A DNA stretch of 64,000 nucleotides. Source: an uncultured Planctomycetaceae bacterium (GTDB lineage: Bacteria; Planctomycetota; Planctomycetia; Isosphaerales; Isosphaeraceae). The notes below the pieces were generated by a model. The model saw only the letters and a list, made by a program, of their open reading frames with translations, was not told the origin of the DNA and did not search any database. The stretch's first letter is position 1, and each line of letters starts with the position of its first letter. The stretch covers positions 2,720,001 to 2,784,000 of the forward strand of contig CAWIAD010000002.1 in assembly GCA_963833985.1 (NCBI GenBank), read 5' to 3'. Position numbers and translations under genes: made by a program. Below, in pieces: positions 31,707 to 46,950 of this stretch.

Positions 31707-32234
31707 TCAAGCACCGGGAAAGCATTGAAGGTGGAACTGGACCGGCTTGCTGGAGCCGTTCTTGAGCATGAAGTAGGTGCTGCCTGCGGGAAGTGTCACC
31801 TTGCCTTCGTATGTCGGCCCCGGGAAATCTGCGGTGAACAGCACGTCCGCGCGGTTGATCGCCTTCATATCTTTGGCCATGAGGGACTTGAATGCCGCGC
31901 CGGTGAGGATTGTCACGCTGAACGGGCCCTGCGACTCGACCCGGTAGGAGATCGTGCCGGGACCTCGGGCGATCGCTTCCCGGTTCCATTCCATACCAGG
32001 AGGAACCTCGTGTTTTTCATCGATGAAGGCGCGGGTTTGCGACCGCGAGTTGGTGGCCACAGGCGCCGCCGAGGACGAAGGCAGGGGGGCGGGTGCCGAG
32101 CCGGTCACCGGCGTGGCTTGCTGCTTCGGGCTCGACGCGGGCCTTGCCGCAGAGCTCGGCGGATTTCTCTCCTCTTCGCACCCGCCGCAAAGCACGATCA
32201 GGACCCAGGCACTCGCTGCGCCGAATGATCGCAT
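31707..32234 (-). CDS. Hypothetical lipoprotein with a small beta-sandwich domain
   Basis: Lipobox-like LCGGC, Pro/Ser linker, C-terminal LPAGSTYFMLKN. Confidence 0.65.
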   Translation of the reverse strand: MRSFGAASAWVLIVLCGGCEEERNPPSSAARPASSPKQQATPVTGSAPAPLPSSSAAPVATNSRSQTRAFIDEKHEVPPGMEWNREAIARGPGTISYRVESQGPFSVTILTGAAFKSLMAKDMKAINRADVLFTADFPGPTYEGKVTLPAGSTYFMLKNGSSKPVQFHLQCFPGA

Positions 32235-32401
32235 GGCATGAATCTCACGTTGATTCGAGTGGAACGGACGTGGAAACATCGGACGCTGGACAGGGATGTT
32301 GACACGTTGGACGTACGAAGATACCCGCCACATCCCGTGGAAGGCAAGGACAACTCTCATGCATGCCTCCTGGCAACGGAAGGCTGCCAATGACCGTGTG
32401 G

Positions 32402-34384
32402 TCACTCCAGGCCGGCCACGGCGTGGCGGATGGCGGTGGCGATGCGGTCCAATGATGCTTCGGAGGTGCAGAAGGGGGGCATGGCGTAGAGCACCGAGCC
32501 GAGCGGGCGCAGCAGCACGCCGTGCTCCAGGCACGCCGACCGCAACTGGGTGCCCACGGGTGCGAGGTAGCCGCCGGAGAGATTGAGCTCGACGGCGGCG
32601 ATGATGCCGCGAATGCGGATCTCGCGCACCAGCGGGTGCTCACGCAACGGCTCGAGGGCGCTGGTCCAGAACGCCTCCATGCGGCTTGCCGCCGTCGGTG
32701 GGGCGGAGGTGAGCAGCTTCCAGTTGGCCACGGCGACGGCGCAGGCCTGGGGGTGGGCCGTGAAGGAATGGCCGTGGAAGAAGGTGCGGCTGCGGTCTGC
32801 TGTCTCCCAGGCGGCCACGATCGACGGCGCGGCGAGCGTCGCCGCCAGCGAGAGTAAGCCGCCGGCGAGGGTCTTGGCCGCGCAGATGAGATCGGGCGCA
32901 ATACCCGCGGCCTGGTGGGCCCAGAGCGTTCCCGTGCGGCCGCCGCCGGTCATGGCCTCGTCGGCGATGAACAGCACGCCGTGCCGGTGCGCCGCTTCGG
33001 CCATCGCGGCCAGCTCCGCGGGCGAGTGCATGCGCATGCCCCCCGCGCCCTGCACCAGCGGCTCGACGATCACGGCGGCCACCTTCCCCGCGTGCCGCGT
33101 CAGGGCGTCGTCCAGCCGCTCGGCGACCGGCGGGACCATCTCGGCCTGGAAGAGCAGGGGCTCGAACCGGCCGAAGAAGAGCGGGTCGCGGCCGACCGAC
33201 ATCGCGCCGAAGGTGTCGCCGTGGTAGCCTCCTTCCAGGCCCAGAAAGAGCGTGCGGCCGGGCTCGCCCTGGTGGCACCAGTACTGGTAAGCCATCTTCA
33301 GCGCCACCTCGACCGCCGTGCTGCCGTTGTCGGAGTAGAACACGTGCCCGCCGGGCCAGGGCGCCGTGCTCAGCAGCAGCTCGGCCAGGGTGACGGCGTG
33401 CGGATGGGTCACTCCCGCGAAGTGGACGTGGTCGAGCTCATCCGCGGCCCGGTGGAGCGCCGCCATGAGTGCGGGAGGGCGGTGCCCGTGCAGGATCGTC
33501 CACCACGAGGAGATGCCGTCGATGATGCGCGTGCCATCGGCCAGCTCGAGGAATTCGTTCTCGGCCGCCACGGCGACCAGGGGTGGGACCGGGTCCCGGA
33601 GCGAAGTGTACGGGTGCCAGACGAATTGCCGATCGGCGGCCAGAACCTGCTGGGCATCGCAGCGTTCGCGATCCGGGAGGCGCGGTGGCGCGGAAAGTGC
33701 GCTCCCGGCGCAGACCGAGGGGCCTGCCGCGGTCTGTCTGGCGAGCAGGGCCCGCAGCGCGTGCAGCACGGCGGACTGCCCGCGCGCCGAGGCCGCCACG
33801 CCCGCTTCATCCCAGGTGGGAGGGAACTCCAGGTGGAAGCATGCCGCGTGCGGGGCGTGGCGGCCGATCTGCTCCAGCGCGAAGAAGTCGGGGGGGCCGA
33901 TGAGGATGACCGCCCCGGGATGGACGCCGTGCTGGTGCAGGGCGTTCAGGCATTGCAGCGTCCGGCCGATGGCGCCGACGGCCGACGAGCAGGTCAAAAC
34001 AGTGGGAAGCCGAAGCGCGTGGATCAGTACGAGTTGCAGTTCCGTCTCGTTCAGGGGCGAGAAGGGGCTGCCGAAGGTCTCGACGAGCAGGTGGCGCCGG
34101 GGGAATTGCAGTTGCGGCCGGCGCGCGGCGATGATATCCGCACGGGGGATCTCGCGGCCGGCCCCGCGCGCGGCCAGCAGCGGCGCGACGGGCTGCTCGA
34201 ACCGCTCAAGTGCAGGATGAACATGCGCTGCCGGCAGGCAGCGCCGGATGCGCTCTGAGTCCGGGTCGCCGGTCTCCAGGGGCTTCCAGTACTCGTAGTC
34301 TTCCGGGAATGCCGCCAGCCACAAAAGCGCGAGTGTGGTCTTCCCCTGGTCGGTATCCGTGCCCATGATCAACAGATCGCTCAT
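32402..34384 (-). CDS. bioA: Fused dethiobiotin synthase / DAPA aminotransferase (BioD-BioA)
   Basis: N-terminal GTDTDQGKTT, YWKPLETG, LLVETFG (BioD) is in frame with VWHPYT, DGISSWW, SDNGSTAVEVALKMA, YHGDTFG, EPLVQGAGGM, FFHGHSFT (BioA). Confidence 0.93.
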   Translation of the reverse strand: MSDLLIMGTDTDQGKTTLALLWLAAFPEDYEYWKPLETGDPDSERIRRCLPAAHVHPALERFEQPVAPLLAARGAGREIPRADIIAARRPQLQFPRRHLLVETFGSPFSPLNETELQLVLIHALRLPTVLTCSSAVGAIGRTLQCLNALHQHGVHPGAVILIGPPDFFALEQIGRHAPHAACFHLEFPPTWDEAGVAASARGQSAVLHALRALLARQTAAGPSVCAGSALSAPPRLPDRERCDAQQVLAADRQFVWHPYTSLRDPVPPLVAVAAENEFLELADGTRIIDGISSWWTILHGHRPPALMAALHRAADELDHVHFAGVTHPHAVTLAELLLSTAPWPGGHVFYSDNGSTAVEVALKMAYQYWCHQGEPGRTLFLGLEGGYHGDTFGAMSVGRDPLFFGRFEPLLFQAEMVPPVAERLDDALTRHAGKVAAVIVEPLVQGAGGMRMHSPAELAAMAEAAHRHGVLFIADEAMTGGGRTGTLWAHQAAGIAPDLICAAKTLAGGLLSLAATLAAPSIVAAWETADRSRTFFHGHSFTAHPQACAVAVANWKLLTSAPPTAASRMEAFWTSALEPLREHPLVREIRIRGIIAAVELNLSGGYLAPVGTQLRSACLEHGVLLRPLGSVLYAMPPFCTSEASLDRIATAIRHAVAGLE

Positions 34385-34553
34385 CGTGAACCCCGCACTG
34401 GCATACGGCGTGGTCCCGGGCCCGTCCGATGCGTGACGGAACTCCAGGGTAATTCGCGAGTACTGATTGTCGAGCCGGCTTGCCGGTTCGTAAAATGAGT
34501 TTGCTGGTGCGGTGGGAAAGGTGCAAGTGCCCGAAACGAAAGGCCAGGCCAGC

Positions 34554-35933
34554 ATGCTTCAACGGGGCCGTAAGCGGAAAGCGTGGGAGTGCGGGGCGGT
34601 TGCGCTGGCGGCCTGGCTGCTGGCCTGCGCCCAGGCCCGGCCAGACGTCATCGAGCTCAGGGGCGGAGGCGAGATCCAGGGAAAAGTGATCGCCGATCCC
34701 GCGAAGCCGGAAACGGTGCAGGTGCTGCTGCTGAAGGGGAAGAACCCGCTCACGTTCCAGAGCAAGCAGATCCTCAAGGTGATTCCCAAGGCCAGCCCGC
34801 TGGACGAGTACCTGCGCCGCAAGCAGCAGATGTCGGCCACGGCACCGGCCGAGCACGAAATGGGCCTGTGGTGCGAGCGGAACGGGCTTCCCGACCTGGC
34901 ACGGGCCCACTTCGAGGCGGCGATCACCCAGGATCGTGCTTACGAGCCGGCACGCAAGAAGCTGGGCCATATCCAGATTGGCGACCAGTGGTTCTCGGCC
35001 GACGAACTGCGTCAGATGCAGGGAATGGTGAAGTACAAGGGGCGCTGGATGACCGAGGAGGCACGCGCCAAGATCGAGGAGACCGCGCACCTGACCGCGA
35101 ACCAGGCGACCTGGGCGCGGCGCATCAAGATGCTCCGGCAGGCCATCGTCACCGGTCCCGACGATCGACGCCGGGAGGCGGAAGCCGAGCTGATGCGGAT
35201 CCACGAGAGTGAGGCCGTGCATCCGCTCGTGAAGGTGCTGGGCAGCGACCTGGCGCCCATTCGCACCATGCTGGCGCACGTCCTGGGGGCGATTTCCGCC
35301 AAGGAGGCGGCGCGGGGCCTGGCGGACATGCTGCTGGCCGAGCCCGAGAACGATGTCCGGATCGTGATCCTCGACGAGCTCAAGGCCAAGGACGACCCGG
35401 GCGCCGTACCGTACTTCGTCAAGGCGTTGCGGACCGGAAATGTGAAGGTGGTGAACCGGGCCGCGTGGGCCCTGGGGAACCTGGACGCCGTGGCTGCGGT
35501 GCCGCATCTTGTAGCGGTACTGCTGACCAGCGAGGACCGGATGATCATGGTCCCCGAGACCCAGGGAGCGAGCTACACGGCGGGGCTTGGCCCGGGCCCG
35601 GCGCTCATGGCCATGGCGCCCACCGCCCTGGCGTACCTTTCGCCGCCGACCGTGGGGCCGGGCGTGGTGGCCTACGGTGCCTTCGTCACGCCGTACTACG
35701 GCCCGGACCAGCTTCTGGGCGGGGGGGGCGGGATGCTTGGCGTGGTGCCTCCGCCCAGCCGTTCGCCCTCGCCTCGCGTGGTCACCTACACCTATGAGAA
35801 CGTCGAGGTCCTGGCCGCGCTCGTGAAGCTGACCGGTCAGGATTTCGGTTACAACACCGGCGCCTGGCGGCGATGGATCAACACCTCGTTCAATCCTAAT
35901 CCGATGCCCGTCCGGCAGATTCCCCAGCCCTGA
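34554..35933 (+). CDS. Secreted HEAT-repeat protein
   Basis: Signal peptide, DVIELRGGGEIQGKV, HEAT-like helices, LVKLTGQDFGY...W..W. Confidence 0.8.
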   Translation: MLQRGRKRKAWECGAVALAAWLLACAQARPDVIELRGGGEIQGKVIADPAKPETVQVLLLKGKNPLTFQSKQILKVIPKASPLDEYLRRKQQMSATAPAEHEMGLWCERNGLPDLARAHFEAAITQDRAYEPARKKLGHIQIGDQWFSADELRQMQGMVKYKGRWMTEEARAKIEETAHLTANQATWARRIKMLRQAIVTGPDDRRREAEAELMRIHESEAVHPLVKVLGSDLAPIRTMLAHVLGAISAKEAARGLADMLLAEPENDVRIVILDELKAKDDPGAVPYFVKALRTGNVKVVNRAAWALGNLDAVAAVPHLVAVLLTSEDRMIMVPETQGASYTAGLGPGPALMAMAPTALAYLSPPTVGPGVVAYGAFVTPYYGPDQLLGGGGGMLGVVPPPSRSPSPRVVTYTYENVEVLAALVKLTGQDFGYNTGAWRRWINTSFNPNPMPVRQIPQP

Positions 35934-35967
35934 GCCGCGCCCGGCGGCCTGGTGGAAAGGTCTTCAC

Positions 35968-36975
35968 GTGCACGGTGATGAGCAGGGGCAAGAGCAGGGC
36001 CAGGGCGGAGATTCGGCCGGAAGATTGATTCGCGAGCTGCGGCAACGGCTGGAGGGCCTGCACCGCGCGGGTGTGCGCGACCTGCCGCGCACCAGCCTGC
36101 CCTTGCTTGCAAGGGCGAATCGAGCCGCGCGTGGTCAGGTTGCCGGGAATGCGGAGCCGGCCAGCGTTGCCATGCCGCAGCCCGCGGCGCGGCCGCCCGC
36201 GGCCAGCCCGCCACCCGCGGGGCGTTCCGCGGAACTGCCTGACGCGGCCCCGATCGTGAAGGAGCCCGCGCGGCCGCCCGCGGCGCCGCCGGCTCGCGCT
36301 GCGGCTCCCCCACCCGTGCCTTCCCGACCCGTTGCCTCGCTCTTCCAGGAGCCGGGCTTCGAGACGCCGCCCACGGACCCGGCGGAGCGTCCGCGGGTAC
36401 TGCGCGTGCTGGCCGACGAGGTGGCCGCCTGCCGCAAGTGCGCCCATCTGGCGGCGAGCCGGACGCAGACGGTCTTCGCCGACGGTTCCGCGACGGCCCG
36501 GCTGATGTTCGTGGGCGAAGCGCCGGGGGCCGAGGAGGACCGGACCGGAATCCCGTTCGTCGGCCGCGCCGGTCAACTGCTCACCGACATGATCACCAAG
36601 GGCATGGGACTGAACCGCCAGGACGTGTACATCGCCAACATCCTCAAGTGCCGGCCTCCCGAGAACCGCTTGCCCACCGGCGAGGAGTGCGCGAACTGCT
36701 TGTCGTATCTGGAACGCCAGATCGAGATCATCCGGCCCGAGTTCCTCTGCCTTCTGGGGCTGGTGGCCGCGTCCAACTTGCTGGCGACAACGCTGAGCGT
36801 CGGCAGGCTGCGCGGTAAGTGGCACCGCTACCATGGCATCCCCACGCTGGTCACCTACCATCCGTCCTACCTGCTCAGAACCCCAAGCGCGAAGAAAGAG
36901 GCATGGGCGGACTTGCAAATCTTGATGAACGCGATGGGTGTGCCCATCCCGTCGCGAACCAGGGGCCAGGCCTGA
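35968..36975 (+). CDS. Uracil-DNA glycosylase, family 4
   Basis: [46 protein letters not shown]. Confidence 0.93.
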   Translation: MHGDEQGQEQGQGGDSAGRLIRELRQRLEGLHRAGVRDLPRTSLPLLARANRAARGQVAGNAEPASVAMPQPAARPPAASPPPAGRSAELPDAAPIVKEPARPPAAPPARAAAPPPVPSRPVASLFQEPGFETPPTDPAERPRVLRVLADEVAACRKCAHLAASRTQTVFADGSATARLMFVGEAPGAEEDRTGIPFVGRAGQLLTDMITKGMGLNRQDVYIANILKCRPPENRLPTGEECANCLSYLERQIEIIRPEFLCLLGLVAASNLLATTLSVGRLRGKWHRYHGIPTLVTYHPSYLLRTPSAKKEAWADLQILMNAMGVPIPSRTRGQA

Positions 36976-37149
36976 GGCGCGCCCGCGACGGCTTGCAGCA
37001 CCCCCGCGCAGGGGCGGGAACCGCGGCGCACCCTGCCCGCGGCGCGGCCGATTCGCACAACCTGCCCTGCTGCGCGCGTATGATGGTAGTAGGCCGCGTG
37101 CTCATCCACGCCGTGGGTTTGCCTGGCCCCAGGACCGAGATACTCATTC

Positions 37150-39119
<1,970 letters not shown>

Positions 39120-39203
39120 CGTGGTAGCTCGCGGTCGCCGATTGCCGATTGCCGGCTGCCGCGATTCCGACCCTGGCGGCCAGGGCTGCACGCCCGAGCG
39201 TGG

Positions 39204-42430
<3,227 letters not shown>

Positions 42431-42436
42431 GAGCCC

Positions 42437-43132
42437 TCACTCGATCGGCTTGATCCAGATGTTGCGGTACTGGACCGGGTTGCCGTGGTCCTGCAAGAGG
42501 ATCGGGCCGTCGTGGCCCTCGGGTGTTCCCATACCGCCCGGAGTGGGGGAAATCTGCGCGTCATCGATGATCTTGATGCCGTTCTGGATCACGGTGATGC
42601 GCGCTTTTTGCGCGACCTTCCCGTCCGCTAGCTTGGCCTTGTGGAAGGTGATGTCGTAGGTCTGCCACTGGAGCGGGGGCTTGCAGGCGTTGACCGCCGG
42701 CGTGACCTGGTGGTAGATCGAGCCGCAGTCGTTGTCCTGGCTCTTCTGGCCATACGAGTCAAGCACCTGGAGCTCGTAGTTGCCCGTCAGGTAAACGCCG
42801 CTGTTGCCCCGGCCCTGGCCGTGTGCGCTGGGCATGTAGGGAATGTTGAACTCGACGTGCAGCTCGAAGTTCCCGAACGGCTTGTCGGTCATGATATCGC
42901 CGCCGCCAACCGTGAGGATGCCGTCGGCGAACTTCCAGTGCGCCGGCGTCTTGCTTGCCGCGCCAACCCAGCCTTCGAGACTTCCAGAGCCAAGCAAGGC
43001 GATGGCACCGGCCGGCGGCCTGGCGCCCAGGGTGGCGTCACCAGGCTGCTGCGGGGGCTCGGCTGCGGGCGCAATGGTCACGGCGAAGGCGGTGGCGAGT
43101 CCGAGGATGGCTGTCAGAAGCGGCAAACGCAT
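42437..43132 (-). CDS. DUF1080 (3-keto-disaccharide hydrolase) family secreted protein
   Basis: FELHVEF, GQGRGNSGVYL, YELQVLDS, WQTYDI, LLQDHGNPVQYRNIWIK. Confidence 0.92.
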   Translation of the reverse strand: MRLPLLTAILGLATAFAVTIAPAAEPPQQPGDATLGARPPAGAIALLGSGSLEGWVGAASKTPAHWKFADGILTVGGGDIMTDKPFGNFELHVEFNIPYMPSAHGQGRGNSGVYLTGNYELQVLDSYGQKSQDNDCGSIYHQVTPAVNACKPPLQWQTYDITFHKAKLADGKVAQKARITVIQNGIKIIDDAQISPTPGGMGTPEGHDGPILLQDHGNPVQYRNIWIKPIE

Positions 43133-43322
43133 GGTGAGTTTCCTCCGGAAGCAACGTTCAGCGCGGGGCGATCCCAGCATCGATCATGAGCAATTCCCGT
43201 TTCTTCTCTCGCCTGCCAGTGTACCCTGGTGGAACCGGAACACAAGCTGCCCGCGCCCCGGGGAGCAGGGCGAATGAACAGTATGATCCCGCGATGCGAC
43301 CCACGCGACGAAAGGAGTGACG

Positions 43323-44087
43323 ATGTGCCCGACGGACCGCCCTGACGACGAGCCAATCTCGGACGCCGAGGATCCGGCGTCGAACGACACCGGCGTCTGG
43401 CCGCTTCCGCCGGTCCTCGATGCCGCTCCCGCCGGCTCTTCCCTGGATTCGCAAGATCAGGCCGTCTGCCCCGAAGACCGGAACGACGCGCGGGCGGGCT
43501 CGAAGGAAATGCCCGCGCGCGGAGGTCACGAGCCGGATCGCACCCCAGAGCTTCCCGCTGACTCGGCACCGCGCATCATCGCCGCGATTGGCCAGCTTGA
43601 AAGGCTGGTGGAGGACCGGCTCACCGCCCTGCAAACGCTCTTCGACCGCGAGGTCCGCGCCGAGGCGACCCGCGAGCGGATCGTCGATCGGCTGCACGCC
43701 GAACTACAGGATTACAAGCAGGATCTGCTGCTGAAAGTGCAGAGGCCGATCTTTCTGGACCTGATCCAGCTCCACGACGATATCGGCAAGATGATCGAGG
43801 CCCAGCCGGCCGGCGATCTCGACCAGGCCGAAGCCATGCGCGGGACCCTGGAGTCGATCCGCACCGCCATCGAGGACACGCTCTATCGCCAGGGAGTCGA
43901 GCCATTCCAGAACCAGGGGGACGAGTTCGACCCGCGCCGCCAGCGATCGGTCAAGACCCTGCCGACGGACGACCCCGAGCGCAACAAGGCCATCGCGTCC
44001 CGGCTCCGGCCTGGCTTCCAGTCCGGCGACAAGGTCATCCGCCCCGAGATCGTGGCCGTGCACGTCTTGAGGAAAGCCGCGCCGTGA
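43323..44087 (+). CDS. grpE: Nucleotide exchange factor GrpE-like protein
   Basis: Coiled coil, then GVEPF...FDPRRQ...LRPGF....VIRPEIVAV; AAAGGAG RBS. Confidence 0.8.
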   Translation: MCPTDRPDDEPISDAEDPASNDTGVWPLPPVLDAAPAGSSLDSQDQAVCPEDRNDARAGSKEMPARGGHEPDRTPELPADSAPRIIAAIGQLERLVEDRLTALQTLFDREVRAEATRERIVDRLHAELQDYKQDLLLKVQRPIFLDLIQLHDDIGKMIEAQPAGDLDQAEAMRGTLESIRTAIEDTLYRQGVEPFQNQGDEFDPRRQRSVKTLPTDDPERNKAIASRLRPGFQSGDKVIRPEIVAVHVLRKAAP

Positions 44088-44183
44088 CGCGCGGGTTCCT
44101 GCAAGGCCGCGGGAACCGCCACCGGAGTGCGACTCCGGCGCAGGCTCCCTGCATCGTTCATGTGCCGGCCCCGGCCCCTGGCC

Positions 44184-46572
44184 TTACGGTTCGATGCGAT
44201 AGACGGTCCCGGCCAGCTTGACGGTCACCGGCTCGGCGAACGTGAGGTACTGGTTCAGCTCGGCGGATTGCGACCGCGACAGGGTGAAGAACTCGTCACT
44301 GAACTGGCGGATCTTGCGCGCACGCGTTTCCTCAGCCGGCTGCACGGTCGAATCCACCCAGTGATTGTCCTTGAAATAGAACGTCTTGGAGCCAAGCTGG
44401 CGAAGCCTCGTCTGGACATTCCGGGCCAGTTGCTGTGCCTCGCTCAGAGGTTCGCCCGGCTGGCTGGCAGGAGACGCGGTAACGTTGAGCGCGGGCACGG
44501 CCTGCTGCGCGGGAGCCGCACCTCGACTGTCGCTGTGCCCGTACCCGTAACCGCCCACGCCGGCAGCCTTCGCGGGGGCCTGGACCTGGCCGTTCTGCGT
44601 CATCGCGCCGCCCATCATCCGGCCGCCGACGGAGCGAAGGATGAGGTCGGTCTTGCCCAGCATCTTGGCCTCCTGGCTCTGCGCCGCGGAGTCAGCCTGC
44701 ATGTACGACTGCTTCAGGTCGCGCTGCGCGACGCCGAACTCGCCGCTGACGGAGTTCAGGGCGTCGAGGGATTCCCTCGTCCGCCCGGCATTCTCGAGCG
44801 CCGCATGGAGCGGCACGCGCTCGTCGGCCAGGAACGCCGTGTAGGGGGTGAGGATGCCGTAGCGGGTGCTCAGGCTCACCAGCTCGTCGACCAGTTCCCG
44901 GTTCTGTCCGGACATATCGATCTGGTCGATCAGATACCCCACACGGCGCGTGGCCCAGAGCCGCTCCACGAACTCATGTTCGCTGCCGTGGCCGGTATCG
45001 GCCAGCTCGGCCGGGAACTCGAACGTCCTGCGCTCACCGCCGACCTTCCCCGTGATGCGGATGGTCGTCCTGCCGGGCTGGCGATAGCGGCCCACCCAGA
45101 TGATTTGCCCCCCCTCGAAGAGATCGGGCACGTCCCCGGGGTAGGTCCGGTTGACGTCGATGCCCGAGAGCTCGACGCGTGGCCCGGCCAGCACGGGGCT
45201 GGTCATCTTGCCGTAGAAGCGGCCCACGTGGGCCTCGATGTCTTCGTCGGGCTTGACGTACTCGCTGGTGCCGCTGTTGCCTCCGCTCAGCCGGTCGAGG
45301 AGCCGGGCGTTGACGTCGTAGCCCACGCCGAAACAGAACAGCCGCGCCCGATTCCGGTTAGCGTGCCGGCAGTTGTCCGCAATCTTCAGCTCCTGAGTCT
45401 CGCCGCTGGTGGGCAGACCATCGGTCAGGAAGAGGATGTAACTGGGCCGGGAATCGTCCCGCACCTGTCCGAGGGCTGTGTCAAGCGCCGCGGCGATGTT
45501 GGTCGAGCCGCCCTCCCGGATGTTGTCGACGAACCGCTCGGCGTCCCGGCGCGACTGCGGTCCGTAGCGCTCCAGCTCGGGCCGGTAGCTCTCGACGCGG
45601 TCATCATAGACGACAATGTTGAACAGGTCGTCATCCCGGAGGTTGTTGAGCACCGATTTCAGGGCGTTGCGCCTGCTCGATCTTCTTGCCGGCCATCGAT
45701 CCGGAGCGGTCGAGCACGAAGATGACCGTCTTGGGCAGGGGCCGGCTGTCGGCCGCCTTCACTTCCGGGCTGGCCAGCAGCAGGAAGTAGCCGTCGTCTC
45801 CGGAGCTGGGCCGATAGCTCAGGAGCGATGCCCCGACTGTCCCGTCGCCGAGCCCGTAGATCAGCCGAAAATCATTGGTTGGCACAAGATCGCGCCGTTC
45901 CAGGCTGACCCGCGCCTGATGATCGCCCGCACGGTCGATGCGCGCGTCGTCACCCGGACAGTAGACCGACTTGATGGCGTTCCGGCTCTCCAGCAGCACG
46001 TGCACCGCCAGCCGCTGGACCGGCCTGGCCGTGAACCTGGCGGTACTCAGAGGATAACTGAACTCGACCAGGTCGCGGTCGCGGCGACAGAGCTGCGTGT
46101 AGCGCATCGTCACCTTGCGGTCAGCCCCCGGAGGAATCGGGAAGACACTCGTGCGGTAGAGCCCCCGCCCCATGTATTCCAGGAGGGCCGGGTCGCGCCG
46201 GGCGCGGACGATTTCCTCGTAGATCCGCCGCGCCTCGTCCTTGTTCATCAACCGTCCGGGCAGCTCCTTGCCGTCGACCAGCAGCACAAAGTTCTGGACG
46301 GCCCCATCTTCGGGCAGAGGGAAAAGGAACTCCGACTCGATCGGGGCGGACCCCGGGTTGTGAAAGGTCTGGGAGATCTGGACCTCGGCAACCTGGTCGC
46401 GCACCCGGGCGTCGATGCTCACCTCGCGGATCTCGTACGATCGTCCCACCGGAACGGTCCGGCGCTGATCGACAATGAAACCCTGCGACCGGGCTGGCTG
46501 GCCGGAGCCGAGCACAAGCAGGGTCGTTCCCACCGCCCACACGCTCCATCCTCGAAACTCGCGCGCATTCAT
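44184..46572 (-). CDS. Secreted VIT + von Willebrand A domain protein (apparent frameshift near 45670)
   Basis: VIT motifs QTFHNP..FLFPLP, ARRIYEEIV..RDPALLE; vWA motifs FVLDRSGSM, GSTNI, FLTDGLPT, FGVGYDVN. Confidence 0.9.
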
Positions 46573-46740
46573 GGCCGTTTCGCTCCTCGGTTCTGCCGCT
46601 GGTCCCGTACCCGCTGATACCGCTTCCCACCAGTTAGACGGCCGAAGCGTTCGGTCCTGAGACAAGCAGCAAGATTTCTCGAGCCGAAACGCCCGCGAAC
46701 GTCCCCTATTTCGGACTTGCGAGTGCCATGGAATGCCTTC

Positions 46741-46833
46741 AACCACAGAGAGCACAGAGAATGCAGGAAATAAGAATCAAGGACGTTTGAATTGTTCTTC
46801 TCTTCCTCTGTGTTCTCTGTGCTCTCCGTGGTT
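46741..46833. repeat. 21-bp inverted repeat (ACCACAGAG-type palindromic element) with an AT-rich spacer
   Basis: aaccacagagagcacagagaa (46741-46761) vs ttctctgtgctctccgtggtt (46813-46833), 1 mismatch. Confidence 0.8.
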
Positions 46834-46950
46834 AGTTGCCTTGGAGGTTTTGCGCGGACCATCTGGCTTCGCACTTGAGTCGACATTCCATGCCGACCCA
46901 AAAGGACATGAGCACGATGCCAGGCGCTGCCGACCGCGCGCGACGCCAGG

